From contig NC_042998.1 in NCBI RefSeq assembly GCF_006345805.1, positions 116,994,001 to 117,058,000 of the forward strand: a DNA stretch of 64,000 bases, given 5' to 3'. The translations under genes were made by a program, and so were the position numbers. Under the pieces are notes generated by a model, which had not been told where the DNA came from, made no database searches, and saw only the letters and a list, made by a program, of their open reading frames with translations. Shown piece after piece: positions 39,275 through 52,978 of this stretch; positions within the stretch are counted from its first letter, which is position 1; the number at the start of each line of letters is the position of its first letter. This DNA comes from Octopus sinensis. Its lineage: Eukaryota.

Positions 39275-41394
39275 CACTTCCGGTTTCGTTGTGGAAAAAC
39301 GTGCGTTTCATGCTCAGAAAAGAACCAAGAGGGATTCCCTACATCGACGAAAGATCTATAAAACTGACAAAAAACATAACTATCAAGGATAGTATACTGG
39401 TAAAACAATTAATATAGTACACTGAAATTTTAACATATTACATTAAAGACAGTGACGCAAGCCAGAGTTATCCTCGAAGAAAGCAGGCGGTGATAGATCG
39501 TACTTTCATATGCGGCTGTGTAACGCGATCTTTCTTTGAAACAAAACTTCTTCGTACAAGAACAAGGATTGGAATTTTACCTCTAGGGAACAAGAATCCT
39601 ACTCATTTTGCTAATTTTGATATATCTTTGGTAATACCTCATGAAAATTTGAATCAAATCATATTGATTGTTTATATTCTATTTGAAAATTTACCGTAGC
39701 AAATTCGTTACGAAACCTCTTCTTTTTATCACTATAGTTTTTCATTAGACTTTTTCTTACAGCGAGCTCTTCGTTTACATTCTATCTGAAAAATTTACGT
39801 TAGCGAATTCGTTCCGAAACCTCTTTCTTTTCACTATCGTATTTTCACTTTCTCTTTTTGTTACAACTGTAATGAATTGAAACTTCTATTGCGAGCATTG
39901 GCAATTGCTAGTGGTGATCCGCCTAACAACATCATCACTTCTGCACTGAACAACAATGGCTTCTGTAGAACCATTGAGCAGATAGAGCAGAAGGAATATG
40001 AATTCATCCTTAGCAGCACTACTGTTTCCCTCTTCTTGGTAGACCACATATTGACACTCTTGATGTCATCATGGACAACTACTGTGGCAAGGCTGATAAG
40101 GATAGGGAAAACCAGGCAAAAACCCAGGATTCTCTTTGACCCAGTGATCCCTCAAAATAATGGATCCCCCTCCCCTATGAGCAACCAAGCTGGTAAGGAT
40201 AAGGAAGCTAATAAAGTAACAACAAGAAGTCCCTCTGTCTCTGTGGTCCTATTAAAGAACGGAGACCTCACCCCATTGGAAATCCAGAGGCATGCAAATG
40301 CTACCACCAGATAAGGGAGGAAGTAACCCGAGCTCAAACATAAAGAAGAAAGGGGAGAAAATTAAGAAGAAAGGAAAAGAAAATAACTAAAACCGAAACC
40401 CCAAACCACCAGAGAGAAAACAGAAAACTCAAATATGCTGGTGTCAATGGAATCTGAAAACCTAGAGGAGAGAAGAAATTTGGTGTGAAGTCAAGGACCT
40501 ACAAATTTTACCTGCAAGGCAAAAGTTACCATAGGGTAGACGGTACAAACTGCGGGTGTATTCATCCGAGATCCCACAAAAACTACAGGGGCCTTAAGGA
40601 GAAAGTCTTCCCTGAGGAAAGACACTAATCGCCTCCAAAGAAAGAATATGCAAATGCAATGTACTCTTGAGATGTTATCCGTAAGGCACCAGCTGAGTGA
40701 TTATAATTAAATATATTGGGTTCGATAAACTAGATAGATAAAAACGTAAAGGGCAGCTGTAAAGAGATATATTGGCTTGGGGGGGGGGTTGACAGAAGTG
40801 CAAGGTGAAGTGAAGGGCATGCATTAGTGAAGTGAATGGAAGCACACCTACGGCGTACAGATATAGGAAAAAATAACGAATCAACAAAGGAATGGCAAAA
40901 AGAAATTTGAGACAACAAATGATCCAAGTACCAAGAAGACAGAGACAGTAGCGCTGCTAAGGGAGACATGCATAATGTGAGACATGCATTATGGACACGC
41001 GAGTTATAAACAGTGGCTATAAAGTTATGTAGTGAGAAAAAATGCATTAATCAGACCAGGTAGGGGATGGGTTAGACATAATAACATAAACGGATTCTAT
41101 CAAGGCATACATATAAACATTGTAAATTGCGGCAATTGTATCGAGTCTATATATCACATATAAAGAGCGGATGAACATCAAGTAGGAGATATGACCGTGA
41201 TCTACTTACTAGAAGGAAGAGTAGGGAACATGTGGGTATCTGCCGTAGACGAGACAACCCACAATGCAGTGAACACACCTAAGTGTAAGATGAAATATCG
41301 AAATGCGGTCATTAGAGGGAAGAAGGAAAGACCCGAACAGATGTTCTGTAAACATCAAGTATTAGAGAAGAATTGGAAGAACAGCCGAAGGGTA

Positions 41395-41875
41395 GGGGAA
41401 TGAAAACTTATTTAAGGCTTACCTAAATCTGCTATAGTATAATGATTTATGGTAATATGAAAATGTTTTAATAACTCTAACGGCAATCTTTTGTAGAAAA
41501 TCTTTCTTTCTTAGAAAAGTAATTTCACTGATTATCGGTAATATAAATTAGAAGCCAGTCGACCTCCACAAACAATATTTCAGTGTTAATGATAAACACG
41601 GGGATATCATAAAGGATACCTTCAAAGCTGAAATGAGATTTAAGTGGCCGGGTAGGTTGAGAATGTTTGTTTAACGTTCGAGAATGTGCCGATAAATGCG
41701 AGGCATCAGCACTTAAATTCGATCGTTGATCCTATGTAAATTTTAGTGGGGTTGGATTGTACTGTGGTTACTGTGCATCTATAATTTAACGTAAAGTGTA
41801 AACAATAGCAACGCATGGGAAAATTCGCTATTAGGGGAGATACATCTTGTATCACATCAAGATCGTTATAGACAG
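41395..41875 (-). pseudogene. Penelope-like GIY-YIG endonuclease remnant
   Basis: Minus-strand translation ..LNYRCTVTTVQSNPTKIYIGSTIEFKC..SVKLLF..KIFYKRLPLELLKHF resembles the PLE C-terminal pattern (IY...V...K.YIG.T..FK.R ... LC..EK..I ... LNKR.EL). Contains stops and frameshifts. Confidence 0.7.
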
Positions 41876-42317
41876 AATTTTTATCAGTCCTATTACTGAT
41901 AACATTATCATTGCCAATATTATTATTAGTATTACGATTATTATCCCAGTTACAGCCAGTAATATTAATATTTAAAATGTAATTTCAATCAATGAAATTA
42001 TACGAAATGTTTTGAAAATCCGTACTATTTTATAGCCTTGCCTTGCATTCATGTATACCTAAAATATTGCCTCAGTATAATGACCGCTTGTATAGTACTC
42101 ATTGCTATATCAGCCAATTAACGAGCATTCGAAACAGCTGTAACTATAGGTTTTGATTGCATCATGTAAATTGTATGCACAACTTTTCATATAAATATAA
42201 TCCGTACGCCTTTTATCGATTCTGTTACTACTTGAATACTTAAATTCATACATATGAATACTTACATGTATGTGTGTGTGTACTGTGTATGTGTGATTAC
42301 GTGTGCATACCTATTTT

Positions 42318-42729
42318 CTCTTTTATTCTCTTTTATCTTTTACTTGTTTCAGTCATTTGACTGCGGCCATGCTGGAGCACCGCCTTTAGTCGAGCAAATC
42401 GACCCCGGGACTTATTCTTTTGTAAGCCCAGTACATATTCTATCGGTTTCTTTTGCCGAACCGCTAAGTGACGGGGACGTAAACACACCAGCATCGGTTG
42501 TCAAGCGATGCTAGGGGGACAGACACCGACACACAAACATATACACATACATTCATATATATATATACATATATACGACAGGATTCTTTCAGTTTCCGTC
42601 TACCAAATCCACTCACAAGGCTTTGGTGGGCTTGAGGCTATAGCAGAAGACACTTGCCCAAGGTGCCACGCAGTGGGACTGAACTCGGAACCATGTGGTT
42701 GGTTAGCAAGCTACTTACCACACAGCCAC
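42318..42729 (-). mobile_element. SINE family A, full-length young copy
   Basis: Reverse complement of the 11937 copy, with intact A-box and B-box head and tail. Confidence 0.95.
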
Positions 42730-43324
42730 ATATACATATACATATACATACTCTTGTCGATATGTATATTTAAAATGTATGGCATAGGTGTTAAAAAAGT
42801 GTAGTTTTAACATACCACGGTGACTATAATGACAGTCCTATATTTAGAAAAATTATTGATTATAACTTCAGTCATTGGAAGCAGAATCAGTAGAGCGTCG
42901 GATAACACATCCTTAAAGTTCGGTATATCATAACATATCCTGATCTCAAATCCTGACAGGCTTTTTGACGCTGCGTTCTAACCTTCCAAACTTGATGCAA
43001 TTCATATGGTGATTTATCAGTTTCCTCTATTACAAGTGTGTTCTGTTATTACGCTGTCCATTTATTATGAATTAAAATACCGTCATCCGTTTCCTCATGT
43101 TAATATCCCTCTTCAACAGACACAATAGAATGAATAAATCATTATTATAATTGCTACAGTACTGGTGTCGAATTGGTGAGTAGAAATAGTGTCCATTTGT
43201 TCCTTAGCCCAGGTCAATACTAATCAAGTAGACACATGACCAAACCTTTGTAGTTATGACAGTCCTTTCTCATTTTCCGACATATGGATATTACACATAT
43301 ACATTGTGCAGATGCATGTATGCA

Positions 43325-43430
<106 letters not shown>

Positions 43431-44569
43431 ATATATATATATATATGTATATGCATATATACACACGCACATTGTATTCTTCCTTTTTCTTTTTAACGAG
43501 CAAGATTATAAGGGAATTTGATTGCTATTCCCAGTAGCTTAAGCGATCGTGTAATTATTCTATGTTGAGTATGATTGCTGCAGCCATTTTGAATATTGCT
43601 GGTTTCTACAGAGTATCTTGTCACAAATATTAACGGTAGGTGTCAAAGAGTAATGTAAGAAGTGTGAAGTATGTGAGGCTTCAGGTGTAGAAAACTCAAT
43701 AACAGTAATAAATAATAGATGTTTCTAATTAAGGCACAAGACCACCGGTTTGTGGCGGAGAGAGCAATTAGATGACAGCAGTATGGCACTTGACAAGCAG
43801 TGTACATTACCATATTCAAAAGGATTGAAGGAGGTGTTGACTGCAATGGAGATACAAGTTAGAACATAAATTACAACAAAAAATCGTATTAGGTATTTGG
43901 TCCGGCATTTAGCACAACTGCCACCTAACCACCGTCCTTTATGTATTTAGCATAAGATGCATACATTCTCTGTCACTCTCTATCCCGTCCAGATGAAGGG
44001 AATACATACGCCACAGAAACCGCATGTATGTATGTATGTATGTATGTATGTATGTATGTATGTATGTATGTATGTATGTATGTATGTACGTATGTATGTA
44101 TGTATGTACATATATATGTGTCGCTTTAGATTATCATTCGTCTGGGGTGTAGCCAAACAGGTAAAATTTCCCACCCAATTCCATGTACAATTACCCAGAT
44201 ATATTTCGTTTTCGCGAAACGTATAACACACACAATATTCGCTGTCAGAAGGCAGGGAATTGCAACATTTTCCTTTCTTGTATTTTGATGCAAATACTAG
44301 AGACTTTATAAAATCCTTCCACTGTTTTTTTTTAAGATAATGCCATTGATATCACTAACGAATTGTTGCTTATATTGTAGCAACTAATTTTGTGTCGTCA
44401 TATTAAATATTCCCAGCTTCTGTTAGATTCCGTTCAAAAAATAATGTTGTTAAGAACGTAAGATGCGAATATACATTGTGAAAACCAGTATGATGTTGTA
44501 ATTGTAACTCTGCTATGCTCACTTTCAATATATACAATTATATGTATTATAATTCATATATATGCCTGT

Positions 44570-44795
44570 ATGTATGTATATTTTCTTTTATTCTTTTATT
44601 GTTTTACTTGTCATTCGACGGCGACTATGTTGGAGCAGCGTCTTAAGTCGAACAACTCAAACCCAGGAACTATTGTTTGAAAGACTAGTACTTATTCTAT
44701 CGGTCTCTTTTGCTAAACGGCAAGCTTACGGGGACGTGAACCCACCAACATCTGTTGTGAAGCGGTGGTTGGGGGACAAACAGACATACATACAC

Positions 44796-44837
<42 letters not shown>

Positions 44838-45000
44838 CGACGAGCGTTTTTTCAATTTACCTTCAAAAATCCACTCATATGGCTTTGGTTTGCGAGAGGA
44901 CATAGTAGAAGACACTTGCCCAAGGTGCCACGCAGTGGCACTGAACCCTGAAGCATGTGGTTGGGAAGGAAGCTTCTTAGTTTACACGCACTCCTGCGCC
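44570..45000 (-). mobile_element. Diverged SINE family A copy
   Basis: Plus-strand blocks AGAAGACACTTGCCCAAGGTGCCACGCAGTGGCACTGAACC and CTATCGGTCTCTTTTGCTAAAC. Confidence 0.85.
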
Positions 45001-45057
45001 AACATATATGTATATATATATATAAATAAACAAATGTATATATATATATATATGTGC

Positions 45058-45100
<43 letters not shown>

Positions 45101-45207
45101 ATATATAATCAATGAGTATTATAATTGGGCATATATGTATGTAAATGTATGTATATAAAATTTATGGATTTGCTATTTTATAGGCTTTAATGCTTACTGG
45201 TCACTTA

Positions 45208-45274
<67 letters not shown>

Positions 45275-45415
45275 ATTAGTGTTGTTGTTCTTGTCAGTGA
45301 TAATAATAATATCTATAGCTATATATATGTAACTATATATTTGCATATATATATATATATATATACTTATGTATGTATATATATATACTTATGTGTGTAT
45401 ATATATATATATACT

Positions 45416-45485
<70 letters not shown>

Positions 45486-45700
45486 TATATATATATATAT
45501 GAGAGGTATTGGTTTCCAGAAGACCAAAGGTGGCAAGTATTGTTATGTAAGTGCTATGGAAGTGTCGTAGTTAAACACTCGGTTCGATAATAATACGAGT
45601 GAGGAGTCTTATACGGATCATGTATGAGTCTAAATATGTTAAATAAAATGAGACTACAAAGCCAATGCGGTTTGGAATTTTCAGGACTTATATAAAGTTA

Positions 45701-45748
45701 GTCTTACAGCTGTTTTCAACATATAAGGAATATGCCCTTATCAGAGAC
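45701..45748 (-). ncRNA. Minimal type-I hammerhead motif (G8A variant)
   Basis: GTCT CTGATAA GGGCATAT TCCTT ATATGTT GAAA ACAGCTGTA AGAC. Stem I is GTCT/AGAC, stem III has a palindromic AGCT loop, and the cleavage triplet is GUA. Confidence 0.65.
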
Positions 45749-46980
45749 GATGTGAGGTGGTTAAATAGAAGTATACATTAGAGTTCAATGTAAGGAGTTA
45801 GTTTGGAAAAGGTTTGAAATAAGATGTAAAAAGGGAAATCAGAGAATAATAAAAATATAAATATAAATATATGTACGATGTTATAGTTGCAGTTTCATTA
45901 TCCAAGGAAAGTGGTGTGTAGAAGTCGTAGAAATGCTTTTTGTCCATCATATGTCAAAATCCGATAAGAGTTCATATTTTGTCATTAAATTTGAAAGGGT
46001 GGAGGCGTAGGTTTCCATGTGCTGTTCATTCAAATGGGTCTTGTTATGTGAATTAAATTTTGCCAATGTAGTGGCGGTATTTAGTAGATATAGCGGATAA
46101 ATAATGTGTAAATAATGTTAAACTGAGGATAATGGTCAAAAGGAACAGGTGAGGGAGGAATAAAGAAAGAGGAAGAGAAAAGTTACTAGATGACAAAGCA
46201 AAAAGTGAAAAAAGGAGTGTTAGTTGGTAGTCAAGATATTACGAGGGGGATGGGAGCAGAGTAGAGGAGAGATAGGAAGAGATCCGAATATAAGGAATGA
46301 ATGTGTGTGAGGAGTGTGAGGTGGGGTGTTCAGTTGGAAAGGCACTGGGGTGGAGGGATGGGTACAGAAAATATTACAGGGGTGGGGTTTTTTAAAGTGA
46401 GTTGTAAATCTCAATTATATCACCCAGCTCCCATTCCTTATACATATTTATTCCTTACACACATTCATTCCTTACATTTTTATTTCTTCCTATCCCTATC
46501 CTACTCTTCTCCCACCCCCTTATAATATCTTGACCACTAACTAACACTCCTTTTTCACATTTTTCTTTTCTTCTTTCTTTCTTTCTTATTTCCCCACCTA
46601 ATCTTTTTGACCATACACTTATTTTCTCTCCTCTCTAGCTACTTAATACTACCACTACATTCTCAAATTTTCATCCACACCACAAGACCCCTATGAATGA
46701 ACAGCACGTGAAATCTACGTCTCCACACTTTCCGATTGTAATGACAAAATATGAACTCTTATCGACTTTTACAAGCCATGGACAAGAAGTTTTTCCTACA
46801 ATTTCTATACACCTCTTTCTTTGGACAATGGAACTGCAACTATAACAACATACATATATTTTTATTTTTACTTTTATTCTCTTATTTCCCTTTATACTTC
46901 TTATTTCCATTGCTTTTCCAAAATAACCCCACATAATATATTGAACTCCACTATTTCCTTCTCTTTACCCATCTCACATC

Positions 46981-47028
46981 GTCTCTGATGAAAGGATATA
47001 CTTAATGTCCCAGAAAGATTTGTAAGAC
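46981..47028 (+). ncRNA. Minimal type-I hammerhead motif (intact core boxes, degraded stem III)
   Basis: GTCT CTGATGA AA GGATAT ACTTA ATGTCC CA GAAA GATTTGTA AGAC. Confidence 0.65.
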
Positions 47029-47145
47029 TAACTTTATAAACGCCCTCAAAATTCCACACACACTTGTTTTGTTGTCTCATTTTAATTAACACATACACAC
47101 ACTCAGGCACACACACACACACCTGTGTATGTATATATATATATA

Positions 47146-47195
<50 letters not shown>

Positions 47196-47231
47196 CGTAT
47201 ATATATATACATATATATACATATATATACG

Positions 47232-47284
<53 letters not shown>

Positions 47285-47560
47285 AGTTAATCCAAACATG
47301 AACAAAGAGAAAAACACAACAACGCGAGGGCGTGGAACAAGAATAGTGTTACTGGACGCTAAGGAAAGGAAAGAAAGAAGGAGGATTCAACATTTCGAGC
47401 GGACCTCTTCGTTAGAAACATAGAAAAAGGAAAGATCCAAGGAAGGGAAGACGGAAAAAGAAAATCTCCAACGATACCCACGCGGTCACATTGAATGACC
47501 GGAAGGGAATGGGAGAAGAAAACGTTCTTTCAAAGACAGGAGAGTGCAAGTAAAGGAGGT
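47285..47560 (-). mobile_element. Penelope-type repeat with a degenerate hammerhead (47384-47420)
   Basis: Minus strand reads TGTTT CTAACGA A GAG GTCCG CTC GAAA TGTTGA. The core is changed from CUGACGA to CUAACGA. Confidence 0.5.
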
Positions 47561-47608
47561 ATGTGTGTGTATGTGTGGGTATGTGCATATATATATATAT
47601 ATACATAT

Positions 47609-47641
<33 letters not shown>

Positions 47642-50078
47642 GATATAGATATATATATATATATATATACATATATACATGCATGCATATATATATATTT
47701 ATATAAGTTTTTGAAAGAGAAGACACTCGTACTTGACAAGTTGTTAATCTATTCTCTGTCCTTTTACCTGGACGTGCGCGAGAAAATCTAGCGAAAGAGT
47801 TCAAAGCGTCTAAGTTTAAGTCCAGCAAGTGTTGCAAATGACACTTGGTGGCGATGAAGTAAAGTAAATCATTCAACCACGTTTTTAAGCAAAACTTGCC
47901 TGCGATATTGACTCAAGCTTGCATTAAAGAACGGATATTCAATGCCTCTTCATAATTCGACTCCCGGATGCGTGTTTAAATCTGAATGCGTACTAGAGAG
48001 CATCTGGCATTGTTACTTATATCCACGAGGAATATTTTAACGGTCAAGTAGTCCCGTGGAGGATTGTTTGCTTCATCGCTGGTATCTGCTTGAGATGTGA
48101 CATATTTTTGTTATTGTTATTCTTAGTATTTATTAATGTGTGACATTTTTTTTAAATACCTCTTAATATGTGATGTGTCTGTTGAAAATATATGCTACTG
48201 ATGTTTATGTAATGCTACTGCATGATGCTTCTGGAATCGCGTATCTTTTATAATCAGGAGTGCAAGTGTGTATATGTGTCTTTCATTTCGGCTTTTTGAT
48301 ACATATGTGAGATTATGATAGTAATGTCGCCATTGTGTTCGTTATTATGCCTGTCATTAATTAATGCGCTAAAATATACACAGATATTTTTCCAGCTTTT
48401 ACTATTTCATATTTGTTCGAGGAATACTATACTCACGATTATGTTTATTACCCCTTGCAATCATGAGACTCTGCGTTCGTGTCCAGTGCGTGTCATCATG
48501 GTCCAATGTATTTTACCGTTGCTCAGATCACCCAATATCGTCTCATGTCTAGTGAAAGAACTTGAGGTGGGTGATAAGTGGGTAGTAGCCAATCAGGTGG
48601 ATAAAACTTGAAAAGTAGTTGTCTAGCTTTGTCACGTATTGTTCTACGCAGACTGTATTTGATAATCACATTAATTGTCTGTGAAATATTCATTTGCACG
48701 TTATTTTTACCTGTGCTTTTGATGATAAAACTGAATGCTAATTGCCGAACTCACTGGTGAATAGATTCATTTCACAATCAGATCTGTTTTCAGAAGACGG
48801 TGAAGTGAGATTTGAGGCCGATTTGCCTACTATATTGTATTTCCAGCAGCCTCGTACAGGATTGATCATTGACTCGTAATGTTGTGGTTGTTGTGTTGAT
48901 ATGTTTGTTGTATGCGACGTAAGATTGGCTTTAAGGTGTTGCTTAACAATAATTTCTATCAGTGGTGTTGCTGCTTACGTTATGTAATGTGGCTATGTGA
49001 GTTTGTGTTTTATGTGCCAGTTATGGTTGTGAGTGTGCTTTGTATATGTGTGTGCTGGTGTGTGTGTCTGTACTTTCTGTATCTGTGTGTCTGTAAATGT
49101 GTAGTTTTGCTACATTTATTTTTTATGTGTTGTGCTAAAACATCATTGCATTGTATCTGGCGAGGAGATAGCGACAGTAAAACGAGGTTATTTCATGAAC
49201 TCATTATAAAATTCCAGCGTGTGTTATGCTGCTGTAGTAGTTGTTGTTGTTGTTGTTACAGTTTTAGATGTCATTGGGCTGCTATTAATGCCGTTGTAGT
49301 AGTAGTTGTTGTTGTTGTTCTAGTTTGCTTTTCTTGTTGTTATTGTTGTTTTGCCTGTATGATTGAGGATACTCTTTCTGGCATCGTGAAAAAAAATAAC
49401 GCCTTTTCGAGCGTGAAAATGTTGAAGAAAGCTTCAACGTAGCCGCTCGACAATCAAAACATAATTGGCAAAGGACCTTCGTTTAATATATTGAAATAAA
49501 GAAATGTTACATCTGATAAGAAGATACTATAAGCTCTTCTAAAGAGGTCAGGCTGGTCATTTTTAGGGTGTCTCCGATTATATGCCTTCTCAATTGGACC
49601 AAGATTGATATGTTGGCTAATACAACAGTAATAATAGTTACTTCAAATTTTAGGGAAAGAATTTTAGGTGAGGGACCTAATCGAGTGCATCAGCACCAAT
49701 ATTTGACAAGTATTATATTTTGTCAAAATCGAACGATGGCAGGCTAAGTTGACCTCAGCGAGAATTGAATTCAGAAAGCAAAAAGCCAGAAAAAAATTGT
49801 TATTAATTATTTTGTCTAAGATTCTAGGAAGAGCAGCATTTCAGTAATTGAAATAAAACGGTTACAGCGAAAATTGAGGATAATACTCCATGACTTGTTC
49901 TTCAAGCAACTACTATTAACATGACCATCGGTTGAGAGGCGAAAGCGTTGTTGTTGTTATTGATGTTTTTGTTGTTTATTATCAAGTCATGCTTAATGGA
50001 ACACACGTATAATAAAATATGGAATAATTTCGGCGCGTTATTATGATCTGTGTACATACAAACATGCACAGACATACT

Positions 50079-50140
<62 letters not shown>

Positions 50141-50209
50141 CTCACAAATACACATACGCACATACATATATGTGTATACAATATATATATGTATATATAT
50201 ATATATATG

Positions 50210-50493
50210 TTGTATTTGGGGATGGTCATGTTGCCAGTTTAGCCAATGAAAACATATGCACTGTATATTTGGTGTTCACTGGCTTCAGCTTTATATCATA
50301 TTTATTTATTTTATTTCTTTCGTCACACTTCTGTGACCTCATCAGTGGTCGTCTACTTTCTTCTTTCTTTTTTGTGTCTCTCCTTCCTAACGATCTGCCA
50401 TTAGCTAAAATAAAACTGAAGCAAGTGAACACCAAATGCATTGTGCGATGTTTTCAATACCTAAACTAGCAACTTGACCATCCCCATATACAA
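50210..50493. repeat. Inverted repeat with arms of about 84 bp and a spacer of about 115 bp
   Basis: 50210-50294 matches the reverse complement of 50410-50493 at about 80%. The spacer contains a hammerhead-like core on the minus strand. Confidence 0.9.
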
Positions 50494-50561
50494 AACTATA
50501 TGTTTCAACACACGAATTCACATCAAGAATCATGCAAAACGAATATGCATATGTACGTATG

Positions 50562-50593
<32 letters not shown>

Positions 50594-50662
50594 ATCTATA
50601 ATATATATATATATATACATTTGTATGTATGTATGCGTCTATGTATGCATCTATGAATATAT

Positions 50663-50696
<34 letters not shown>

Positions 50697-50890
50697 ATAT
50701 ATGACCAACTTTAATTCTATTGGAACTTAATCACAAGGTGCAGGATCTTATATATATATACAATTCTGCCTAAATAATGGAACTGAAGATAAAATATCCC
50801 TGCATATCTCACATCTATTCCATTCATCACTTCATTCTCCATTTCATATCTTATCTAGATTAACTATTGCTTAACCATCTTCTCACACCC

Positions 50891-50938
50891 GTCTCCGATG
50901 AAGAGATATATGAAATATCCCGGAAACAGGTGTAAAAC
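50891..50938 (+). ncRNA. Minimal type-I hammerhead motif (U4C variant), same family as 46981
   Basis: GTCT CCGATGA AGA GATAT ATGAA ATATC CCG GAAA CAGGTGTA AAAC. Confidence 0.65.
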
Positions 50939-50995
50939 ATTCTATTATATAATATCATTACAGCCTTGTTTTTTTCCTATCTCGTTCTGTTAATT

Positions 50996-51044
<49 letters not shown>

Positions 51045-52766
51045 ATATATATAAGACGTGACGGAATGCATCATTTTGAGGTCAATTTCGCCACTCTATC
51101 TCGTGAAGCAAATGCTCATATAGAAGTTTCAATACTATGTATTTCCAACTCATATTGTTCACAGTCCTATTATTGTTGCTGGTTTTGGTTGTAATATTCG
51201 TACCGTTTTTTAACGTTGTTGTTGCTGATGCTTAAGTCACTGTTCAGCTTTATTCGAAGAGATCTATGATGAAAGAATTTGGAACAGTGGTCATCGCACC
51301 GTTTACGATTGTGCTACGAACTAACGTCCATCCGTCTAGACACAATTTCGGAGGGTTTGAGTCAAGAGGTGTTAGTATTATATTATTTGGAAGTCAGCAG
51401 ACTAGATAAAAACTGTGCCGCGTGTTCGATTTGCCGTCGTAAAGTAATAGCAGTAGTTGGTGTTATTCTTGTCAGATGGCAGCAGCAACTGTAGCAGCGC
51501 AACCGGCACCACCGCCGCTGCCATCTCCAGTAATAGCTGCAACCAAATTATAAAAGAAAGCAGCTGATAGTAAGCAGTGTTTGTGTGATCGACGAATACA
51601 TAAGTACAGTGGCACTAACGCATTTAATATCGAGCATTTCGCGCAGATATATACAAACACACACAAACACACACACAAACAGACTAATACACACGGACAC
51701 ACAGTCACACACACACACAAACAGCATACACACACACAGACACAAAGGCACACACATACACATATACCCACATGCAAATACATTGGATGTGACGTGGAAG
51801 TTTCGACGATCATTACTTTGTCAGTTATCACACAATTTTGACCATCGGTGAAGTTTCGAAGTCACTATCGTTATATTTTTTGAGGAAAAGTAAAATATTT
51901 TGATACATGCTGACTGACTGTTGTTTTTCTTTTGTTGTTTTTGCTACTTTTTAAACCAAAACGTTTGAATATATTTATGTAGCTTTGTATATGAAGCCTC
52001 CACTTTAATATATATTCGTGGTTGTGTGAGTATATATCCGTGTTCGGTGTGTATGCATGTGTGTGTGTGCATGTGTGTGTCTACGTGTGCGCACGCATTT
52101 TCTGTACTCTTTCAATATTGTGCTGTTCTGTTAATGGGGTGTGCTCTCATAGGGAAAGCGGGAGTAAAGACAGAGTGAAAGACAGAGTGAGAGAGGGGGA
52201 TAGAGAAAGAGGCAGTAAGAGAGCGTTAGTAGATAGCAGAAAGAGTATAATAAAAAGTGAGTAAGAGAGATAGCGATAAGATGTGTGTATGTGTCTGAAC
52301 GTATATATGCATTTCTTTGTGATTAGTGTTTGTTGCCAGTTATATTACGTGTTACGTGCTACGTACACGCAATATTTATCTTAAGGTCAATTTAATCTAA
52401 ACGGTCGCCAATGTAACTGACGTCGGGACCCGCAGTTGGACGAGGAATTCTCAGCTCTACGTTGCTAGCTATTTGAATACTAATAGAAGCTACCCCAATA
52501 CTCATCCGATGCTATATCTTTATCGACTTGCGAAGGATGAAAGACAATGCTGTTCTCGGCCTGAGTTGTACTGGGAGGGTAAGGTTCGAGGTGAATGCTG
52601 CAACTGCTTTCGCCAGACTTTCTTTGACTATCTTATTCATACGCACACATACACACAGACAAACAGACAGAAAGATACATACATTCACACACAAACTTAA
52701 ACATAAGTATACACCCCGGTCCCCACATATATATATATATATGCGACCATATACTACTATATATAT

Positions 52767-52824
<58 letters not shown>

Positions 52825-52902
52825 CATACACGATTATAATCATTTACATTTACATATCTTTATACTTTATATGCATTCTTATTATGTGTGTGTATGTATG
52901 TG

Positions 52903-52978
<76 letters not shown>

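Larger units (their letters stand above)
45672..47056. repeat. About 1.4-kb imperfect inverted repeat of a Penelope-type terminal sequence
   Basis: Arms 45672-46313 and 46451-47056 align colinearly as reverse complements (roughly 70-80% by eye). Each arm has a hammerhead motif near its outer end. Confidence 0.9.
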
